Shown here in pieces: positions 7,850 to 17,444 of a DNA stretch of 32,648 nucleotides. Position numbers and translations under genes: made by a program. This DNA comes from Candidatus Eiseniibacteriota bacterium (lineage in GTDB: Bacteria > Eisenbacteria > RBG-16-71-46 > DASYSL01). The notes under the pieces were generated by a model. It was not told where the DNA came from. It ran no database searches and saw nothing but the letters and a program-made list of their open reading frames with translations. The stretch is taken from the NCBI GenBank assembly GCA_046598045.1, contig JBKJJJ010000108.1:1-32648 (forward strand), read 5' to 3'. The first letter of the stretch is position 1; the number at the start of each line of letters is the position of its first letter.

Positions 7850-8764
7850 ATGATAACTGGCGTTCACAGAATCGCGAGTCTGGCCGTCCTCGGCTTGGTG
7901 TCGATGGTGACCCCGGCGCTCGCGCAGACGTTCTTCGATGCACCGACCGTGCTGCCGTTGAGCGCGAAGCCGTCGAGCGTGCGGCTGTCGATCGTGGCGG
8001 GCGATAGTGGAGCTCCGCTCGGATTCGCCGTGGAATGGATGAAGCGGAGCGATTTCGACGCGACGGGCTGGCCGGCAGATCCCGATCCCACCGTGCGACA
8101 CAGCGAGTTCTACGGAACGCCCGACTGGGTCGTCGAGGGGAGCGCGGGCAGCTTCCAACTCCCCGCCCGTCATTGGCAGGCGGTCGAACTGGGTGAGTTG
8201 TTCGACGAGAGCGGCATCCTCGGCTCGGCGGTCGAGGAGCTCGAGCCGGGGACCGAGTATGCCGTGCGCGCCTACATCCTGTGCGACACGACACACCCCG
8301 CAAGCCCGTATTCCCCGACGGTGTTCGTCAGCACGATGGGGGCGTCGACGAATTGCACGTTCACGCTCGACTACTGGAGGACGCACCCGGACGCCTGGCC
8401 GGCGACGAGCCTCACGCTCGGCACGGTCACGTACAACCAGCCGGACCTGCTCGCGATCCTCAACCGGCCGGCCGGCGGCAACGGGCTTGTGATCCTCGCC
8501 CACCAGTTGATCGCGACCAAGCTGAGCATCATGAACAGGGCCGACCCAACGGCGGTCACCGCCAGCACCGCCGCCGCGGACGCCCTGATCGGGGGACTCG
8601 TGTCGCCCGCGGTCGGCAACGACTCGCTGACGCCGGCGTCAGTCAACGGGCTCGCGACGACGCTCGATCAGTTCAACAACGGCCTGATCGGCCCTGGCCA
8701 CTGCGCCGACACCCCGGCCCGCTCCACGACGTGGGGGTCGATCAAGTCGACGTATCGGCGCTAG
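7850..8764 (+). CDS. Secreted hypothetical protein (FN3-like region) with C-terminal TWGSIKSTYRR tail
   Basis: AGGAG RBS, ATG 7850, signal peptide ending in ALA|Q. ELEPGTEYAVRAY is FN3-like; CTFTLDYWRTH..LAHQLIATKL domain; tail matches that of CDS 2-307. Confidence 0.85.
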   Translation: MITGVHRIASLAVLGLVSMVTPALAQTFFDAPTVLPLSAKPSSVRLSIVAGDSGAPLGFAVEWMKRSDFDATGWPADPDPTVRHSEFYGTPDWVVEGSAGSFQLPARHWQAVELGELFDESGILGSAVEELEPGTEYAVRAYILCDTTHPASPYSPTVFVSTMGASTNCTFTLDYWRTHPDAWPATSLTLGTVTYNQPDLLAILNRPAGGNGLVILAHQLIATKLSIMNRADPTAVTASTAAADALIGGLVSPAVGNDSLTPASVNGLATTLDQFNNGLIGPGHCADTPARSTTWGSIKSTYRR

Positions 8765-8781
8765 GGGCGCGCTCGGGCTAG

Positions 8782-9938
8782 CTAGCGCGTGATCGTCACC
8801 CGTGCGACGCGCGTCGTGCCCGCCACCATCACGCTCGCGAAGTAAGTGCCGGGGCGCGCAAGCGCTCCGGTTTCGTTTCGGCCATCCCATGCGATCGATT
8901 GCTCGCCGGCAGGGCGCCATGCCCCGGAGAGGTTGCGGACCAGCCGCCCGGTCGCGTCCACGACGCGCACGCGGGCGACCCCGGCCACGGTCGTGCTGAA
9001 GCGCAGCGCGCATCCGCTGCGCGCCGGGTTCGGCGCGATCGTGACCCGACCGGTGAGAGGGCCATCGTCGCCGACTCCCACGGTCCCGCGCGGGGTGATG
9101 CGGTACAACCCGCCCTGGTTGCTCACCACGTAGAGCGCCTTCTCGCCGGCGCGGTACGCCACGTCCGCCGCCCCTGGCAGCGTGGCGAACACCGTCCGCG
9201 ATCCGTTGGACTTCACGCGGTAGATCTGGCCGAACGACGCGTCGGTCGCGAACATGTCCCCGTTGAAGCCCCAGTCGAAACCCTCGGGAGTGAGCAGGTC
9301 GTTGATCAGCGGCGTCACGACGCCGGTCGGGGACACCTTCGCGATCCCCACCGTGTCCGGGTAACTGTAGCGCGTGACGTAGATCCCCGTGCCCCAGGCC
9401 CCGCCGGGCCCGAATCGCAGGTAGGTGGCCGGGAGGGCCAACCAGGGCGTGACCACGCCGGTGGAGCTCACGCGGTCGATCGGCCCGTCGAACGCGACGC
9501 AGGCATAGAGGAAATCGCCGTAGGGGCTCCCCGGCGGTGGGAACGCCAGCGCGCCCGGGCCGGGGAGCGCGGCGAACACCGTGCTTGCGGCGCAACCCGC
9601 CGAGCGGTGGATGTCGCCGATCCCGTAGTCGGCGACATACATAAAGTTACCGAACGAGCCCGCCGTGCTGAACGCGATGCCGACGGGGTACTGGAGCGTC
9701 GTATCGCAGATCACGCCCGGGTCGAGCGGCGCGCAGCGCTTCTTCAGGCCGGCATTGCTCCCGTAGTAGAGGCAGGTGTCCGGGCCCACGCCGATCTCGA
9801 CCTGCTTGGCGAAATCCGAGGAGAGCGTCGTGCCCAGGAATCCGGGTTCGACCATGGTGAGCTGGGCGCGCGCGGCGGTCGTGAAACACAGCAGCAAGAC
9901 GCAGAGGGCGGGACGAGGAACGGACGGGAAGGACGCAT
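8782..9938 (-). CDS. Secreted NHL/SMP-30-like beta-propeller with C-terminal FlgD Ig domain; apparent 1-nt frameshift in the signal peptide
   Basis: Main frame 8782-9897 has PVGIAF..MYVAD and PEGFDW..MFATD repeats plus PNP..VVDATGRLVR..WDGRNETG..PGTYF. ATG 9938 with GAGAGG RBS gives MRPSRPFLV, which joins the main frame only if one C is added at ~9910-9912. Confidence 0.8.
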
Positions 9939-10147
9939 GGAGGGCCTCTCGATGCCGGCAACCGGGGCGGAGGCAGCCGGGATGGGTTCAGGCGGACGGA
10001 GGGGGTGTCCGTCGTCTGGCTGGGAGGAGCGTGAGATCGCCGGGCGAGTGGTCGAGTCGTCGATTGGGAACGGCGCCCGAAGACGATACCCCCGAAACCC
10101 TTGCCGCGCCATCCTGTCCTGGAGCCTCAATGGTGTCGGTATCGTTG

Positions 10148-10177
10148 TTGACGGCCTCACACCCGGCTGTCTATGCT
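10148..10177 (+). promoter_or_regulatory. Putative sigma70 promoter of the czc operon
   Basis: TTGACG (10148-10153), 18-nt spacer, TATGCT (10172-10177). Predicted start site falls at about ATG 10185. Confidence 0.55.
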
Positions 10178-10184
10178 CCCACAC

Positions 10185-10595
10185 ATGAATTGCCGATTTC
10201 GCATCCTGCGCGCGGGGCTGACCGTCCTGGCCGCCATCACGCTGACCCTCCCCACCCACGCGCTGGCCGTGTGCGTCGGGGAAGGCGGCCATCTGGCCGT
10301 CGAGTTGGGCCCAGGCGTGTGCTCGGATTTGGAATCGTTCTCGGTGACCCAGGAAGGCTCCGCCGGGTGGTGTGCGTCGACGAAATGCTCAAACTGCACC
10401 GATGTCCCGCTCGGGGGCCCCTCCTTGCACGTGCTCGGTGCGAGCAGTGGCGAGGGGTCGTTTTCGCTCTCGCCCAGCGTCGCACCTGACCTCGATGACG
10501 TTCTCGCACGCATGCATATTCTCGCGCCGTCTCCGGCTGCTGACGGTGATCTCTCGCGCGCAACTCCCACCCGGACTCCAATCCTTCGCAACTGA
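10185..10595 (+). CDS. Cys/His-containing exported protein leading the czcCBA operon (CzcI-like position)
   Basis: N-terminal hydrophobic segment, then VCVGEGGHLAVE and CASTKCSNCTDVP, ending RTPILRN. Lies 90 nt upstream of czcC. Confidence 0.7.
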   Translation: MNCRFRILRAGLTVLAAITLTLPTHALAVCVGEGGHLAVELGPGVCSDLESFSVTQEGSAGWCASTKCSNCTDVPLGGPSLHVLGASSGEGSFSLSPSVAPDLDDVLARMHILAPSPAADGDLSRATPTRTPILRN

Positions 10596-10685
10596 GTTGC
10601 TTCCTCGCTGCTGAAGACGCGCGCCGGGGCAGAAACGCCTCGGTGGCACTGGCGCATCTTTCACGCTTTCGCGAAGGAGCATCCT

Positions 10686-11948
10686 GTGTTCCATGCCACG
10701 CCGACCCGTCCGGTCGGGATGTTGTCCCTATTCCTCCTCTCTCTCGCCATGCTTTCCGTAGAGCCGCTTCCAGCCGATGGACAGGCAACGGGGTCGCGAC
10801 TCTCGCTGGAGGCGGCCATTCGCCAAGCCCTCGAGCGCAATCCCGGCGTACGCGCTGCCGCTCGCGAGACGGACGCCGCCCGGGCGCGTCGCAGTCAGGC
10901 CGGGGCGCTCGAGGCTCCGAGCTTTTCGTACGAAGCGGGCAAGCTGGCGACCGTGGTCACCCCGGAGGAGCGAGAGACTTCGGTCCGACTCTCGCAGGCG
11001 ATTCCGGTTCCGCCGCAGCGCTCCCGCGCGCTGGAACTCGGGGCGGCCGAAGTCGCGATCGCAGAGGAGCAGCAGGAAGTCGTCGCGCTGCGCCTCCGCG
11101 GGGATGTGATCCGGGCATACCGCCGACTTCAAGTCGACGTGTTGGCTCTGAGAACTCTCGGAGAGTTGCAGAACGGCGCGACGGATCTCGAAGAACTGAC
11201 CGCCAATCGGCTCCGCAGTGGCGGTGCGGGGTACCTCGACGCGCTCCGCGCAAGAGTCGAGCGCGTTCGGCTCGAAAACGAGGTCATCGAGGCGGAGCGC
11301 TCGCTGCAGGCGAATCGAAGGGCGCTCAACCTCCTGCTCGCCCGGTCGTCGGACCAGCCGATCGAGCCGAGCGATTCACTCTCGTTTGTTGCGCTCTCGG
11401 ACAGTCTCCCGGAGTTGATCTCATCGGCGCTCGCATCGCGACCTCGCGTACGCCTTGCGCGCCTGCAGGCTCGGCGAGAGGGCGCGGCCCTCGCTCAGGC
11501 GAAGAGCCAGTTCCTTCCAACCGCCGATGTCTCGATCGGGCTTGATCGCGTTCCCGGCGCCGGCACGCCGGGCATCGGATTCGGCGTCAGCATCACATTG
11601 CCCTTCGCGCCCTGGACGGATCGGCGGGCTCGCGTGGCGGAGGCCCGGGCGCTCGAGGGGAGTGCGCAAGCCCGGCTCGAGATCACCGAGCGGGAGGTCG
11701 AGGCTCTCGTCCGTGACGCGTATGCGAACGCCCGGAGCGCCGGCCAGCTCGTCACTCGACTCCAAGGCTCATTGCTCCCGGACGCGCAGGATGCGGTTCA
11801 TGCCGCCGTCCAGGGCTACCAATTCGGCCAATTCGATGGCCTTGCGTTGTTCGAAACCCTTCGAACCTATCGATCGGTCCAGCTCGAGTACGTGCGAAGC
11901 CTGCTCAACTACGAACTCGCCATCACCGACCTGACGACTGCGGAGTGA
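10686..11948 (+). CDS. czcC: TolC-family outer-membrane efflux protein, CzcC-like
   Basis: AAGGAG RBS with GTG start; signal peptide; LSLEAAIRQALERNP and YQFGQFDGLALFE OEP motifs; first gene of a CBA triad. Confidence 0.88.
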   Translation: MFHATPTRPVGMLSLFLLSLAMLSVEPLPADGQATGSRLSLEAAIRQALERNPGVRAAARETDAARARRSQAGALEAPSFSYEAGKLATVVTPEERETSVRLSQAIPVPPQRSRALELGAAEVAIAEEQQEVVALRLRGDVIRAYRRLQVDVLALRTLGELQNGATDLEELTANRLRSGGAGYLDALRARVERVRLENEVIEAERSLQANRRALNLLLARSSDQPIEPSDSLSFVALSDSLPELISSALASRPRVRLARLQARREGAALAQAKSQFLPTADVSIGLDRVPGAGTPGIGFGVSITLPFAPWTDRRARVAEARALEGSAQARLEITEREVEALVRDAYANARSAGQLVTRLQGSLLPDAQDAVHAAVQGYQFGQFDGLALFETLRTYRSVQLEYVRSLLNYELAITDLTTAE

Positions 11949-11953
11949 AGCCC

Positions 11954-13069
11954 ATGTCTGTGCTCTCGAATCTGACCCGTCTCGTTCGCCGCGCCGCTGT
12001 GATGGCGGTTGCCCTTGCGCTCGTCGGTTGCGCCCCCCCGAAAGACACCGCTCAGACGGAGGAAGCCGCCCCCGACTCGCTGATCCACGTCTCTCCGGCC
12101 GCGCTGGCGTCGGGCGAGATCAAGTTTGAACGCATTACGCTGTCCACGCTTGCCGACTCGCTGATGCTTCAGGGGGAGATCCAACCGGAACCGCTGCGCC
12201 TGGCGCACGTTGCCCCGCGGGTCGCCGGCACCGTGCAGAACGTCCGGGTCGTGCCCGGCGACCTCGTGGGCCGAGGCCAGGTGGTGGCGACGCTCTACAG
12301 TCCGGAGTATCTGGCCGCGCAGGGTGATTTTCTGCTCGCGCATCGACGGGTCGAGCGCGCAAAGGCGAGTGGATCGCCCGATCTCGCGTCGTTCGAGAGT
12401 GTCGCACTCTCGGCCCAACGACGACTCGAAATGCTCGGCGCGACGGGGGCGGACATCGCGCGGCTCCATCAACAACATGAGGCTTCGGAGTATCTCGCGC
12501 TGCGCAGTCCCCTGTCCGGAGTCGTGACCGAGGTCGAGGCGGCTGCCGGCAAGCACGTGGATGCCGGTGCCGATCTCTTCGGAGTGGCGGATCTCTCGGT
12601 GGTGTGGGCCGTCTTGAGTGCCCATGAGCGCGATCTCGAGCGCCTGCACCCGGGGCAGAGCGTGCGGGTCGTGGCGACGGCTTATCCGGCGCTCGAACTT
12701 GCAGGCCAGGTCACGACGCTTGGGGGAGTCATGGACGAGGCGACGCGAACGCTCCAGGTGCGGGTGCGCGTGCCGAATCGCGGACAACTTCTGAAGCCCG
12801 GCATGTTCGTTTCTGCGCGCGTGGCCACTGGTGCAGCCCGCGCCGCCATCGTCCTCAGCGAGGCCGCGGTGCAGGACTTCGAGGGGAAGGCGGTCGTATT
12901 CGTGGCCCGGCCGGACAGCGGCTTCCAGCCGCGGGTGGTCGAGGTGCGCCCCCTTGGTGGCGAGCTCGTCGAGGTGACGCGCGGCCTCGCGGCCGGGGAG
13001 CGTGTGGTGACGATCGGCGCCTTCCTGATCAAGTCGCAGGCCCTCAAGGGCCAGCTCGGGGAGGAGTAG
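11954..13069 (+). CDS. czcB: RND periplasmic adaptor (MFP), CzcB/CusB-like
   Basis: GGAG RBS 8 nt before ATG 11954; lipobox LVGC; lipoyl halves APRVAGTV / LRSPLSGVV flanking a helical hairpin; LKPGMFV; GLAAGERVV. Confidence 0.9.
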   Translation: MSVLSNLTRLVRRAAVMAVALALVGCAPPKDTAQTEEAAPDSLIHVSPAALASGEIKFERITLSTLADSLMLQGEIQPEPLRLAHVAPRVAGTVQNVRVVPGDLVGRGQVVATLYSPEYLAAQGDFLLAHRRVERAKASGSPDLASFESVALSAQRRLEMLGATGADIARLHQQHEASEYLALRSPLSGVVTEVEAAAGKHVDAGADLFGVADLSVVWAVLSAHERDLERLHPGQSVRVVATAYPALELAGQVTTLGGVMDEATRTLQVRVRVPNRGQLLKPGMFVSARVATGAARAAIVLSEAAVQDFEGKAVVFVARPDSGFQPRVVEVRPLGGELVEVTRGLAAGERVVTIGAFLIKSQALKGQLGEE

Positions 13070-13072
13070 CCC

Positions 13073-16000
13073 GTGGATCGCCTGGTCTCCTTCGCTCTTC
13101 GACAGCGGCTCCTTGTCCTCATCCTCTGCGCCGGACTCGTCTTCCTCGGAGTCCATGCGCTGCAGCGGCTCCCGATCGACGCCTTTCCCGACGTGACGAA
13201 CGTGCAGGTCCAGGTGCTCGCCAATGCGTCCGGCATGGCACCGCTCGAGGTCGAACAACTCGTGACCTACCCCGTCGAGGTCAGCATGGGCGGCTTGCCG
13301 GGCATGACGGAAGTGCGGTCGCTTTCCAAGCTGGGCCTCGCCGTGATCACGGTCGTGTTCAAGGACGACGTGGACATCTACTTCGCGCGGCAACTCGTCT
13401 TCGAGCGCTTGCAGCAGGCGAAGGAGAAGCTACCACCAGGAGTCGACGTGGAGTTGGGTCCGATCACGACCGGACTCGGCGAGATCTACCAGTACACGCT
13501 GGAGAGCCCGGGCCGCGACGCGATGGAACTGAGAACGCTGCAGGATTGGGTGGTGCGGCCCATTCTGCGGTCCGTGCCCGGCGTCACCGACGTGAACAGC
13601 TTCGGCGGCCTGGTCAAGCAGTACCACGTTCTCGTGCGACCCGAGCACCTCAACAGTTACAAGTTGACGCTGCGTCAGGTGCTCGAGGCACTCGCGGCGA
13701 ACAACACCAATGCGAGCGGCGGGTACATCGAACACTTCGGCGAACAATACGTCGTGCGCGGACTCGGTCTCGCACAGACGCCGGAGGATCTCGGGCGCAT
13801 CGTCGTGGCGACGCACGATGGCACCCCCGTGTACGTCAGGGACGTGGCGGACATTGCGATCGGGCCGGAGCCCCGCCAGGGATTCGTCACCCGGAACGGG
13901 AAGGGCGAGGCGGTCGCCGGCATCGTCCTGATGCTTCGTGGCGCGAGCGGACGCGACGTGGTTGCAGCGGTCAAGGCGAAGGCGGCCACCGTTCAGAGCG
14001 CTTTGCCGCCCGACGTCAAGATCGTCCCATTCTACGATCGGACCGAACTCGTCAACCGCGCCATGCACACGGTGACCGAGGCGCTGCTCGAGGGGGGCCT
14101 CCTCGTCGTGCTCGCGCTTCTGCTCTTCCTTGGTAACCTGCGCAGTGCCCTTGTCGTGACGCTTGTCCTGCCGCTCTCGGCGCTCGTCGCGTTCATCGCT
14201 CTTCGGGCGGCCGGCTACTCGGCGAACCTGATGTCCCTCGGCGGGCTGGCGATCGGCATCGGAATGATGGTCGATGGGGCCGTCGTTATGACCGAGAACA
14301 TCTACCGGCACCTCGTGGAGGAGCGCGGGCAGCGCAATGTCATCGAGGTGGTCCGCGACGCGGCCCGGGAGGTGGCGCAGCCCATCGTGTTCGGCGTGTT
14401 CATCATCGCGGTCGTGTTCGTGCCGCTCTTCACGCTCGAGGGCATGGAAGGCAAGATGTTCGCTCCCCTGGCCTTCACGATCACCGCGGCGCTCCTCGGA
14501 TCGCTTGTACTATCGCTGACATTGGTGCCGGTGGCGGCGACGTTCCTGCTCCGCGGCAAGCTCTCCGAGAAGGATACGTGGATCGTGGCGCGTGCCAAGA
14601 CCGGCTACGCTCGTGGGCTACGCTGGTGCCTCGCGCATTGGCAGATTCCGCTCGGCGTGGCCGTTGGCGGGATGCTTCTCAGTGGTGTGCTGTTCACGAG
14701 GCTCGGTCGCGAGTTCCTGCCGTCCCTCGACGAGGGCGCGATCGGCATGCAGAGCTTCCGCCTTCCGAGCATTTCGCTCCAGACCTCGCGGGCCATGCAG
14801 TTGCAGGTGGAGCGTGTGCTGAAATCGTTTCCGGAGATCGAGACCGTCGTGTCGAAGACCGGCCGGGCGGACATCGCCTCGGACCCGATGGGTCTCGAGG
14901 TCAGCGACGTGATTGCGAACCTGCGCCCGCGCAAGGAGTGGAAGACCGCCCGGACGCCCGAAGAGCTGGTCGAGAGGATCCGCCAACGCCTGGAGGCAGT
15001 CCCGGGCATGACGTTCAGCTTCTCCCAGCCCATTCAGCTGCGGGTCGACGAGCTCGTGTCCGGAGTGAAGGCCCAGATCGCGGTCAAGCTCTTCGGGGAG
15101 GACCTGAAACTCCTTGGGGAGAAGGGCGAGGCGATTCGACGGATCGTCGCCCGCACTCGTGGCGCCGCCGACGTCAACCTCGAACGCACGGCGGGAACGG
15201 CCTACCTCGAGGTGCATATCGATCGGGAGCGCATCGCTCGCTACGGAATCAACGTCGCCAACGTGCAGGACGTCATCGAAACCGCCATCGGCGGGAGGGA
15301 GGCGACGCAGATGCGCGAGGGGCAGCGGCTGTTTGGGGTCGTGGTGCGCTTCCCCGAGTCGATCCGGTCTGATCCCGCGCGCCTGGCGAACCTGCTGATT
15401 CCTTCGGGCGACGGGAGCCGAATTCCACTGGGGCAGCTGGCGACGATCCAGGTCGTCGAGGGGCCGGCGCAAGTGAGTCGAGAGAATGGCCAGCGGCGTA
15501 TCGTCGTCGAGTGCAACGTCGTCGGCCGGGACATGGGATCTTTCGTCGCCGAGGCCCAGCGGGCCGTCGCCCGCGAGGTGAACCTGCCCACCGGCTACTT
15601 CGTCACGTGGGGCGGACAGTTCGAGAACCAGCAACGGGCCATGGCGAAGCTCTCGATCGTCGTGCCCGTCGTCTTGCTGCTCATCTTCTTCCTCCTGTTC
15701 ATGAGCTTCGGATCCCTGCGCAACGCCCTCCTCATCGTGCTGAATGTCCCGTTCGCCCTGATCGGTGGAGTCTTCGGACTCTACCTCTCCGGGCAGAACC
15801 TGAGCGTGGCCGCGTCCGTTGGCTTCATCGCGCTCTTCGGAGTGGCGGTCCTCAACGGGATCGTCATGGTGTCGTACTTCAACCAGTTGAGGCGGGAAGG
15901 GGCGACCCTCGAGGATGCATTGCTCCGGGGCGGAACGCTGCGCCTTCGCCCCGTGCTCATGACCGCAACGATCGCGAGCTTCGGCCTCATCCCGCTCTTG

Positions 16001-16141
16001 ATCGCGACCGGACCGGGATCGGAGATCCAGCGCCCGCTCGCGGTGGTCGTCATCGGCGGGCTGGTGACGTCGACCTTGCTCACCCTTTTCCTGCTCCCGA
16101 TCCTGTACCGCTGGTTCGAGCGGCGGGACGTGGAGTTCTAG
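13073..16141 (+). CDS. czcA: CusA/CzcA-family heavy-metal efflux RND permease
   Basis: 1022 aa; LPIDAFPDVTNVQVQV, GLGEIYQY, TM4 GMMVDGAVVMTEN, GVAVLNG, RLRPVLMT, GSEIQRPLA. Confidence 0.93.
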   Translation: MDRLVSFALRQRLLVLILCAGLVFLGVHALQRLPIDAFPDVTNVQVQVLANASGMAPLEVEQLVTYPVEVSMGGLPGMTEVRSLSKLGLAVITVVFKDDVDIYFARQLVFERLQQAKEKLPPGVDVELGPITTGLGEIYQYTLESPGRDAMELRTLQDWVVRPILRSVPGVTDVNSFGGLVKQYHVLVRPEHLNSYKLTLRQVLEALAANNTNASGGYIEHFGEQYVVRGLGLAQTPEDLGRIVVATHDGTPVYVRDVADIAIGPEPRQGFVTRNGKGEAVAGIVLMLRGASGRDVVAAVKAKAATVQSALPPDVKIVPFYDRTELVNRAMHTVTEALLEGGLLVVLALLLFLGNLRSALVVTLVLPLSALVAFIALRAAGYSANLMSLGGLAIGIGMMVDGAVVMTENIYRHLVEERGQRNVIEVVRDAAREVAQPIVFGVFIIAVVFVPLFTLEGMEGKMFAPLAFTITAALLGSLVLSLTLVPVAATFLLRGKLSEKDTWIVARAKTGYARGLRWCLAHWQIPLGVAVGGMLLSGVLFTRLGREFLPSLDEGAIGMQSFRLPSISLQTSRAMQLQVERVLKSFPEIETVVSKTGRADIASDPMGLEVSDVIANLRPRKEWKTARTPEELVERIRQRLEAVPGMTFSFSQPIQLRVDELVSGVKAQIAVKLFGEDLKLLGEKGEAIRRIVARTRGAADVNLERTAGTAYLEVHIDRERIARYGINVANVQDVIETAIGGREATQMREGQRLFGVVVRFPESIRSDPARLANLLIPSGDGSRIPLGQLATIQVVEGPAQVSRENGQRRIVVECNVVGRDMGSFVAEAQRAVAREVNLPTGYFVTWGGQFENQQRAMAKLSIVVPVVLLLIFFLLFMSFGSLRNALLIVLNVPFALIGGVFGLYLSGQNLSVAASVGFIALFGVAVLNGIVMVSYFNQLRREGATLEDALLRGGTLRLRPVLMTATIASFGLIPLLIATGPGSEIQRPLAVVVIGGLVTSTLLTLFLLPILYRWFERRDVEF

Positions 16142-16149
16142 GAGGTCTC

Positions 16150-16488
16150 ATGCGGCGCATCGAGGCTTACATCCAGCCGTTCATGCTCGCACGCGTGGTT
16201 CGGGAGTTGCACGACGTTCACGTGCACGGGCTCACGGTCCTCGACGTGAAGGGCTTCGGTCGCGAGAAGGATGAGAGTTATCCTCACCACGCGGAGGACT
16301 ACGCGGTCGATTTCACACCGAAGGTGAAACTCGAGTTGTTGTGCCGGGATGAGGAGGTGGACGCGCTTCTCGGTGCAATCCTTCGCGGGGCGCAGACCGG
16401 TCGCCGGGGTGACGGTAAGGTGTACGTCACCCAGGTCGAGCGCGCGATCAGTGTTCGCACCGGTGAGTCCGGGGAAGCTGTGCTCTAA
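16150..16488 (+). CDS. PII-family signal transduction protein (metal-efflux-linked type)
   Basis: GGAGG RBS, ATG 16150, 112 aa: MRRIEAYIQPF..VKGFGREK..YAVDFTPKVKLE..TGRRGDGKVYV..VRTGESGEAVL. Confidence 0.92.
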   Translation: MRRIEAYIQPFMLARVVRELHDVHVHGLTVLDVKGFGREKDESYPHHAEDYAVDFTPKVKLELLCRDEEVDALLGAILRGAQTGRRGDGKVYVTQVERAISVRTGESGEAVL

Positions 16489-16543
16489 TCAACCGAGTGG
16501 TCAAGGCTGTCGAACGCACGAAACGATCCACATCAGGGAGACC

Positions 16544-17428
16544 ATGGGGCAGGGTCACGCACATTCGCCACGTGAAGGCCGCAAGCGCCAGCTGACCGTC
16601 GTGCTCGGCCTGACAGGTGCCTTCATGCTCGTAGAGGTGATCGGCGGGCTGGCCACGCACAGTCTTGCGCTGCTCGCGGACGCGGGACACATGCTGACCG
16701 ACGTCGCCGGCCTCGCGATGGCCCTCATCGCGACCCGCTTCGCGGAGCAGCCGGCGACTCCGGAACGGACCTACGGCTACTATCGGGTCGAGGTCCTCGC
16801 CGCGCTCGCCAACGCCGTGCTGCTCGTCGGAATTTCCTTCTACATCCTGTTCGAGGCCTACCAGCGATTTCGGGATCCACCCGCGATCAACGGCATTCCC
16901 GTCCTGCTCATTGCGGGGGTCGGACTTCTCATCAATGTCGTGAGCGCGCGGGCGCTGCACGGAAGCGCCGGCAGCAGCTTGAACGTCCGGGCGGCGTATC
17001 TCGAGGTGCTCTCGGACATGCTGGGCTCGATCGGCGTGATCATCGCCGCGACCATCATCCATTTCACGCACTGGTACTACGCGGATCCCCTCATCTCGGT
17101 GGCCATCGGGCTCTTCATCCTGCCCCGGACATGGGGACTGCTGAAGGAGGCGGTGGGCGTCCTGCTCGAGGGAACCCCGTCGAGCATCAGCCTCGATGCG
17201 TTGCGAGAGTCGGTGCTGGGCGTCCCCGGCGTTGCGGAAGCGCACGACCTCCATGTCTGGAGCCTCACCTCGAACATGCATGCCATGAGCGTCCACGCAT
17301 CGCTCAAGGAGGGCGCCGATCACGAGAGTGTGCGCGTGGCGATCGAGCGGCTCGTCACATCCGAGTTCGGCATCGGCCACGTGACCGTGCAACTGGAGAC
17401 CGAAGCTTGCGAGGAAAGCCATCCCTGA
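16544..17428 (+). CDS. czcD: Cation diffusion facilitator, CzcD/ZitB-like
   Basis: GGGAG RBS, ATG 16544; SLALLADAGHMLTD, TYGYYRVEVLAA, HDLHVW, HVTVQLE. Confidence 0.9.
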   Translation: MGQGHAHSPREGRKRQLTVVLGLTGAFMLVEVIGGLATHSLALLADAGHMLTDVAGLAMALIATRFAEQPATPERTYGYYRVEVLAALANAVLLVGISFYILFEAYQRFRDPPAINGIPVLLIAGVGLLINVVSARALHGSAGSSLNVRAAYLEVLSDMLGSIGVIIAATIIHFTHWYYADPLISVAIGLFILPRTWGLLKEAVGVLLEGTPSSISLDALRESVLGVPGVAEAHDLHVWSLTSNMHAMSVHASLKEGADHESVRVAIERLVTSEFGIGHVTVQLETEACEESHP

Positions 17429-17444
17429 CCGCCGTCAGTCACCG

